6,961 bases of DNA from positions 1 to 6,961 of the IMG/VR virus record IMGVR_UViG_2744054675_000005, one strand, 5' to 3'. Each line of letters opens with the position of its first letter. Position 1 is the first letter of the stretch. The translations under genes and the position numbers were made by a program. Under the pieces are notes generated by a model that did no database searches, was not told the DNA's origin, and worked only from the letters and a program-made list of their open reading frames with translations. Shown in pieces: positions 6,163 to 6,961 of the stretch. The DNA is from a virus (Duplodnaviria; Heunggongvirae; Uroviricota; Caudoviricetes).

Positions 6163-6961
6163 TACTGCCCTCCGAGATATTTATTAATCAGGTCATCATC
6201 AGAAAGCTGCTGTTGAGACGGTTGTATGTCCTTCCCGTATTTCTGTTGCATACGTTTCTGAGCCATCTCAGTGGTTTTTATGATTGTTTTGATAGCTGCT
6301 CTGGCTGATTTTTCAGACTGATTTGGGGACAAACTACCAATAGCATCCATTACCTTTTGCCCCTCGGCATTACTTAAAGCCCCCATCCCTTTCATCTGCT
6401 GAATGCCAGATAAGAATCCCTGAGATTTCAGTGTGTCAACCAGAGTTTCTGTATCAGCAGCCTCTGTTCCTGGAATGAATCTACTCGATAGTGGGTTTAG
6501 GTTTGTTCCGAAATATCCAGTGAATCCTGGGCTATTAAGAACTTTTGTAGCCGTCTCTATCGTTCTGGAAAGATTATCCATTCCAGAGTTGTACGCATCA
6601 GCCTTATCTCGCTTTGCCTGCTCCATAGCTTGCTGATTCTGCAATCTCTTGTCATGCAATTCAGCAAGTTTTAAGGCATTAGTTTCATTTGCGATGAGTC
6701 TGTCGTATTTCTTGTCCTCTAATTCCATTCGACGAAGATTGACATTTTGTTGCGCAATATTGTTGCTTGCCCACCCTCTGGCATTTGTCATGTCATTATT
6801 GCGGATTGTTTCGTTAATTCTTTGCTGCTCCTGCTGGCGACCAACCATCTTATCCTGATAATCCAGCATTTTATCCGGACCAACAGCCCCTAGCGTCATA
6901 GTAGTCAGCATGTGTGATAGCTGCTCTGGATTCTGGATACCTGTCTGAATCATCCAGTCAG
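6162..6961 (-). CDS. Virion ejection protein, P22 gp20-like by position (C-terminal portion; 5' end beyond the window)
   Basis: The reading frame stays open to the window edge (codons upstream of the listed Met at 6953 are not stops). Gln/Asn-rich with coiled-coil-like segments; the stop overlaps the start of the 703-aa gene. Assigned by synteny only. Confidence 0.6.
   Translation of the reverse strand, partial: DWMIQTGIQNPEQLSHMLTTMTLGAVGPDKMLDYQDKMVGRQQEQQRINETIRNNDMTNARGWASNNIAQQNVNLRRMELEDKKYDRLIANETNALKLAELHDKRLQNQQAMEQAKRDKADAYNSGMDNLSRTIETATKVLNSPGFTGYFGTNLNPLSSRFIPGTEAADTETLVDTLKSQGFLSGIQQMKGMGALSNAEGQKVMDAIGSLSPNQSEKSARAAIKTIIKTTEMAQKRMQQKYGKDIQPSQQQLSDDDLINKYLGGQ

Noticed and set aside
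3992-6308. Plus-strand ORFs 3992..4234, 4268..4480, 4505..4753, 5614..6129, 5655..5888, 6090..6308, and minus-strand off-frame ORFs 4776..4997 and 5703..5894
   Set aside because: All are embedded in the long GC-rich 703-aa gene (or span its junction with the upstream gene). High-GC coding regions routinely throw open frames on the opposite strand and in alternate frames; their Pro/Ala/Cys-rich products and lack of SDs argue against real genes.
6433-6858. Plus-strand ORFs 6433..6636 and 6649..6858
   Set aside because: Antisense to the gp20-like ejection-protein gene, which is start-coupled to the 703-aa gene.
1-6961. CRISPR array, tRNA or rRNA genes, insertion sequence or integrase
   Set aside because: I found no regularly spaced repeats, no cloverleaf-compatible segment, and no transposase or integrase-like ORF. 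The only repeats are the short operator-like motifs at 2578..2610.

Overview
This window reads as the immunity-I (immI) region of a P22-like temperate podovirus with its flanks, seen in reverse orientation. From right to left on the minus strand: two large virion ejection-protein genes (6961..4051), a lipoprotein gene (3955..3536), then after an accessory island the operon arc - small Zn-ribbon ORF - ant (2553..1209), a strong terminator, and the 5' part of the tailspike gene (1108..1, running off the window). On the plus strand, a Mnt-like repressor gene (2647..2889) is transcribed divergently from arc and is translationally coupled to two small ORFs (a 77-aa two-helix membrane protein and a 69-aa protein). 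The arc gene and the tailspike fragment are absent from the supplied ORF track; I found them by translating the minus strand by hand. The part most likely to hold something undescribed is the AT-rich island between the ejection genes and mnt (about 2890..3970), which sits where P22 carries sieA, together with the extra Zn-ribbon ORF inserted between arc and ant. All homology statements are from memory of P22 protein sequences and hand translation; nothing was searched or computed by tool.
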